DNA of 64,000 nt, taken from the NCBI GenBank assembly GCA_025453395.1, contig JALOQK010000003.1:18711-82710 (forward strand). Reading direction: 5' to 3'. Shown here one piece after another: positions 60,711 through 64,000 of this stretch. Source of the DNA: Candidatus Omnitrophota bacterium (lineage in GTDB: Bacteria > Omnitrophota > Gorgyraeia > Gygaellales > Profunditerraquicolaceae). The position numbers were made by a program, and so were the translations under genes. Positions within the stretch are counted from its first letter, which is position 1; the number at the start of each line of letters is the position of its first letter. The notes beneath the pieces are model-generated. The model was given only the letters and a program-made list of their open reading frames with translations. It was not told the origin of the DNA and did no database searches.

Positions 60711-60788
60711 GGGCGGTTGGCGCAATTGGTTAGCGCGCCTGATTTACATTCAGGAGGTTTACAGGTTCAAGTCCTGTACCGCCCACCA
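60711..60788 (+). tRNA. tRNA-Val(TAC)
   Basis: Anticodon arm CCTGA-TT TAC AT-TCAGG; CCA encoded. Confidence 0.93.
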
Positions 60789-60789
60789 T

Positions 60790-60903
60790 TTAGCCAATAG
60801 CCCATTGCAAATAGCAAATGTTTAAATACGAAGTAAAGATTGCAATTGCAAGTTTTTTATATATAATTACTATTTGCCACGGGCAATTTGCTAATAGCTA
60901 ATT
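60790..60903. repeat. AT-rich periodic imperfect palindrome between tRNAs
   Basis: TAGCCAA-TAGCCCA-TTGCAAA-TAGCAAA ... TTTGCCA-CGGGCAA-TTTGCTA-ATAGCTA. Confidence 0.7.
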
Positions 60904-60904
60904 T

Positions 60905-60980
60905 GGGGTCGTGGTGTAGCCTGGTTCAACACGTCGCCCTGTCACGGCGAAGATCGCGAGTTCAAATCTCGTCGACCCCG
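60905..60980 (+). tRNA. tRNA-Asp(GTC)
   Basis: Anticodon arm TCGCC-CT GTC AC-GGCGA; acceptor GGGGTCG/CGACCCC. Confidence 0.94.
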
Positions 60981-61129
60981 TTAATGAGCAGACGGTTTAT
61001 GGAGCGAACAAAGTGAGCGAACATAAACCGTAGCGGCAGAGTATATAGGCATATCTTGCGTCTGCGAATTAATACCCGCAGTTGCGAGCGGATTTCGAAG
61101 AAATACGCGAAGCGTAAAACTGCGGGTAT
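60981..61129 (+). repeat. Structured multi-hairpin element B (tandem-GA motif family) 3' of tRNA-Asp
   Basis: TTAATGAGC...GCGAATTAA domain (60981-61072) plus ATACCCGCAGTT/AACTGCGGGTAT stem with TTGCGAG/CGAAGCGT internal loop. Confidence 0.65.
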
Positions 61130-61144
61130 AAGTAGCATAATCCC

Positions 61145-61176
61145 AAGCACCCCCTTAAAAAGGAGTGCTTTTTTTA
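61145..61176. terminator. Intrinsic terminator
   Basis: AAGCAC-CCCTT-AAA-AAGGA-GTGCTT-TTTTT. Confidence 0.7.
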
Positions 61177-62241
61177 TTTTTCTAAAAGGAAGCGGTCTAT
61201 GATTTTCTCAGATTCCATGAATCCCAAAAGGAATTTGGCGATTATCATATGCCCTTTTTCGGAAGGATGCCGGTCATTTTTATTTAATGCCAAACTAATA
61301 TCTTTTGCTGGATCAAAAACTTCATTAAATGTAGTGTAGAATCCCAGCTTTTTACTTAATTCATAGGAAAAGCTATTTTGGTGTCCAGGTTTTATGGTAA
61401 GAAGGCTTATCACTATAAAGTGGTTCTTTTGGCTTAAAAATTTTAAGTAGTAGAAAGCTTTTTTATATGGGCCCTTTCCTACTAAATTTCGGCAGTAAGC
61501 AGGAAGCTTTTTAGGATTATTCTCAAAACGTTCGAATACGCCATTTTTGATTACTACTGGAGCATCAAAAAGACAAAATTCTCTTTGTAGTGCCAATCCC
61601 TTCAGATTGATAAATCCCCAGAAAAAAGATTTTCTAAAATCTAACCAGTTATCGGGTTCATAGATAAAATTCGGCAAATCAAGGTCATTCCCAATACGTT
61701 CAATAATTACGATATCCGGATGATAGCGTAAGGCTTTTTGTGCCAATGTTTCTACTTCCATAACTGTATTATATCCGGGAACGGCGGTATTTATGATTTC
61801 CCAGTGTTTTTGAGGGAATTTTGTGTTTAATCCTTCTTCTAAGAAACTTAAATAGTTTTTATTTTGTGCTACTCCTTGCCCAAACATGTATGAATCTCCC
61901 AGGCCGATTATCCGCACAGTGCCACTTGGCTTATTAAGCGTAAAGTTGTGGTCGTCGCGCCAGCCTTGGGCATTAATATGTGCCGGGGCGCCGAAGCATT
62001 CTACGGAAATGCCAGGCCTTAATTCATAGATAATCTTAGGGTCGTTGTTTGGCCTTATGATTTGGCCTAAGGTGGCGGGTTGATTATCTACAATGGGGGG
62101 TAGGTTTTTCATGGCACTTTCAAAATCTATCTGAGAGTGGAATAAAATATAAATGCGCAATGCCGCTTCGCAGATCAAAAATAAAATAAATAATGATATG
62201 ATGGGCAATGCCCAAGTCAGAAGCTTATCTTTTTTTACCAT
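61174..62241 (-). CDS. Membrane-anchored SGNH/GDSL hydrolase (envelope O-acylation-type)
   Basis: N-terminal TM, GDSY (block I), GYN, GND, DRHPS..GH. Confidence 0.82.
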   Translation of the reverse strand: MVKKDKLLTWALPIISLFILFLICEAALRIYILFHSQIDFESAMKNLPPIVDNQPATLGQIIRPNNDPKIIYELRPGISVECFGAPAHINAQGWRDDHNFTLNKPSGTVRIIGLGDSYMFGQGVAQNKNYLSFLEEGLNTKFPQKHWEIINTAVPGYNTVMEVETLAQKALRYHPDIVIIERIGNDLDLPNFIYEPDNWLDFRKSFFWGFINLKGLALQREFCLFDAPVVIKNGVFERFENNPKKLPAYCRNLVGKGPYKKAFYYLKFLSQKNHFIVISLLTIKPGHQNSFSYELSKKLGFYTTFNEVFDPAKDISLALNKNDRHPSEKGHMIIAKFLLGFMESEKIIDRFLLEK

Positions 62242-64000
62242 CGCCGTATATTTTATTAGGAAATATCAACTCAGCGCATTTGGCTCCGTATAGAGGGGTG
62301 AATTTTTTTGTTAAAACGTCTGCCAGCAAACTTTTATATGGCCCGCGGTAGTTTTTATATAGCGCTCCGGCGCGGTAGATTTCCACAGCGCCTTCTTCTT
62401 CAGCAAAGCCCGCATGCTCAAAATAACCCAGCATTACATAGTACTTTGATGAATCGGAAAGCCCTCTTAAGCTGTTTAGGGCTTGTTTTGCCTGTCGCGC
62501 GAAGTCCGCTCCGTAAAAGTTGTTTGGCGCAGGCAGGAACAACCATCCGGCGCACGCGCATAAGGTTTTGCGGTTGCGGTTTTTGGTTAAGCATGCCCGT
62601 CTGATTAATCCCGTATAAGTATAATCTTTTAGACGCGTGTAATCCAGGGATGTTTTTATCCCCGCGTAGATATTTCTAAAGTCATCCGCTGTGGTTGTTT
62701 GCGCTAATTCCGTTAATACTTCGGAAAACCGTTTTGGGTCTGACTGGTAGATCATGGTTATGCGCTTGCCAAGAGCGCGCCAAAAAAACGGCAGATACTG
62801 CTGTTTTATCTTGCCAGAGAAGTTATCCCATAATGCTATTCCCGGGACATCATTTTGCTGAAGGGGGCAACTTAACACTTCCGTATCGATGATCTCTTGT
62901 TCCAGGGCAGAGACATCATCTTTATTTTTTCTGCGCTGCTCCAAGAACAATGCTGCCTTCAGCCAACTGTTGGAATTAAGAAGCAATATTGCCTTGCCGA
63001 TTTTCCTATAATGATATCCTTTGGGGAAAGACCTTCCCATTAATTCAAAAGCTGAATTTCTGGCCAGAAAAGAAATCGCGCACAAAAAATGCGCGGCCAC
63101 ACAGATAAGCAAGATGATTTTTCCAATAGAATTCTTGCTGATGCAGGATAAGAAATAAGCCGTGAATAAAAGGCAGAACTCAAAGCCGAAAATAAAGTAT
63201 CTGCCTTGGGTAAAAAGCCTTCCAATTGGTTCCTGGAGACTGAACCCGCTGGCTACTTTTAGAAACTGCAGAATAAAAAAGAATAATAATGATCCGGCGA
63301 TAAGATTATTTTTCTTGCGCAGCGAGTTAATTGCCGCCCAGGCTATTGCGGACAAGAAAAATAAGAAAATGATCATTCCCAGCTGCTTAGGGCTTGCGTA
63401 AAGAAACATTTCTTGGAAGCGTTTGGTAATCGACCAGAAGTGTTCTTTGGCCAAGGGCAAATTAAATACGGCCGCATGGTGCGCTTTGTAAAAGTCGCAT
63501 CTTGCCGCAGCCGGCATAATTGTGGCCAAAGCGGAAAAGACAAGGAAAGCTGCGGCGAAGCGGAAAGTCGGACCCTTAAAAGCGAATCTTCTTATAAAGA
63601 TAACCAGCGTGAATATAAAAATGAATAAATATAGTTCATAGGCAAGATACATGCCGGCGCCAATAAGAATTCCAAGCAAGACTGGGTATCGCCCGGGATT
63701 TTTTTCTTCATCTAATATAGCTAAAATAAGAATTGCGATATAGGGAAGCAATATTCCGGATTGCACATGCGTGCCGGAAAGGAAAAGCGTTTTTTCTATG
63801 AAAAAAGGCGCACCAAAGATATAAAGCACGCAGAAGATATAAGCAGTTAAACGGTTAATATATTTGCTAATCAATTTATACCAGCCATAAAAGGCGATGA
63901 AAATAAATAGTAGGGCCAAGAGCTTTACGCTAAGAAGGGTTGTGCCAAATAAAAGAAAAAAAGGCGCAAGGCAGGCGCCTATAATAAGCTGCCATTGCGT
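62225..64000 (-). CDS. Multi-TM membrane protein, possibly GT-C glycosyltransferase (5' end off window)
   Basis: Frame stays open to 64000; ~10 TM segments, RY motif, soluble C-terminal domain. Confidence 0.55.
   Translation of the reverse strand, partial: TQWQLIIGACLAPFFLLFGTTLLSVKLLALLFIFIAFYGWYKLISKYINRLTAYIFCVLYIFGAPFFIEKTLFLSGTHVQSGILLPYIAILILAILDEEKNPGRYPVLLGILIGAGMYLAYELYLFIFIFTLVIFIRRFAFKGPTFRFAAAFLVFSALATIMPAAARCDFYKAHHAAVFNLPLAKEHFWSITKRFQEMFLYASPKQLGMIIFLFFLSAIAWAAINSLRKKNNLIAGSLLFFFILQFLKVASGFSLQEPIGRLFTQGRYFIFGFEFCLLFTAYFLSCISKNSIGKIILLICVAAHFLCAISFLARNSAFELMGRSFPKGYHYRKIGKAILLLNSNSWLKAALFLEQRRKNKDDVSALEQEIIDTEVLSCPLQQNDVPGIALWDNFSGKIKQQYLPFFWRALGKRITMIYQSDPKRFSEVLTELAQTTTADDFRNIYAGIKTSLDYTRLKDYTYTGLIRRACLTKNRNRKTLCACAGWLFLPAPNNFYGADFARQAKQALNSLRGLSDSSKYYVMLGYFEHAGFAEEEGAVEIYRAGALYKNYRGPYKSLLADVLTKKFTPLYGAKCAELIFPNKIYGDGKKR

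Overview
This window is core chromosome around the replication origin of a bacterium with roughly 43% GC. Gene set and protein style suggest Candidatus Omnitrophota/PVC, but that is inference only. Genes run on the minus strand left of ~32.9 kb and on the plus strand right of it. Left arm: gltX (partial), a 4-subunit 2-oxoacid:ferredoxin oxidoreductase, dxs, xseBA, a GH39-like protein, ymdB, rny, 5-formyl-THF cyclo-ligase, MetV-like, a toxin-antitoxin pair, rarA, 6S RNA, pheTS, a Trk cluster, rplT-rpmI-infC-thrS, tRNAs Val/Leu/Cys around a free-standing LAGLIDADG nuclease, coaC, rpoZ, gmk, yicC, ndk, parAB with 2 parS, jag(N), yidC, yidD and rpmH. Right arm: dnaA, oriC, dnaN, dciA, gyrBA, tRNA-Glu, glmS, rsmI, a pyr cluster (with EndoQ, tRNA-Arg, half carB and mutM), a V/A-type ATPase, tRNA-Val/Asp, an SGNH hydrolase and a membrane protein. 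The most interesting signals are non-coding. (i) A family of ~150-340 nt structured elements built on tandem-GA 'GAGC...GCGAA' motifs, with covarying stems, sits directly behind ncRNA genes (6S, tRNA-Asp, tRNA-Cys); the one behind tRNA-Cys is the leader of the LAGLIDADG gene. (ii) AT-rich 7-nt-periodic palindromes are dispersed and invade ORFs in frame; one appears to supply a signal peptide. (iii) A duplicated hairpin cassette forms the rpmH leader in an operon that lacks rnpA. All structures were read by eye, not computed.
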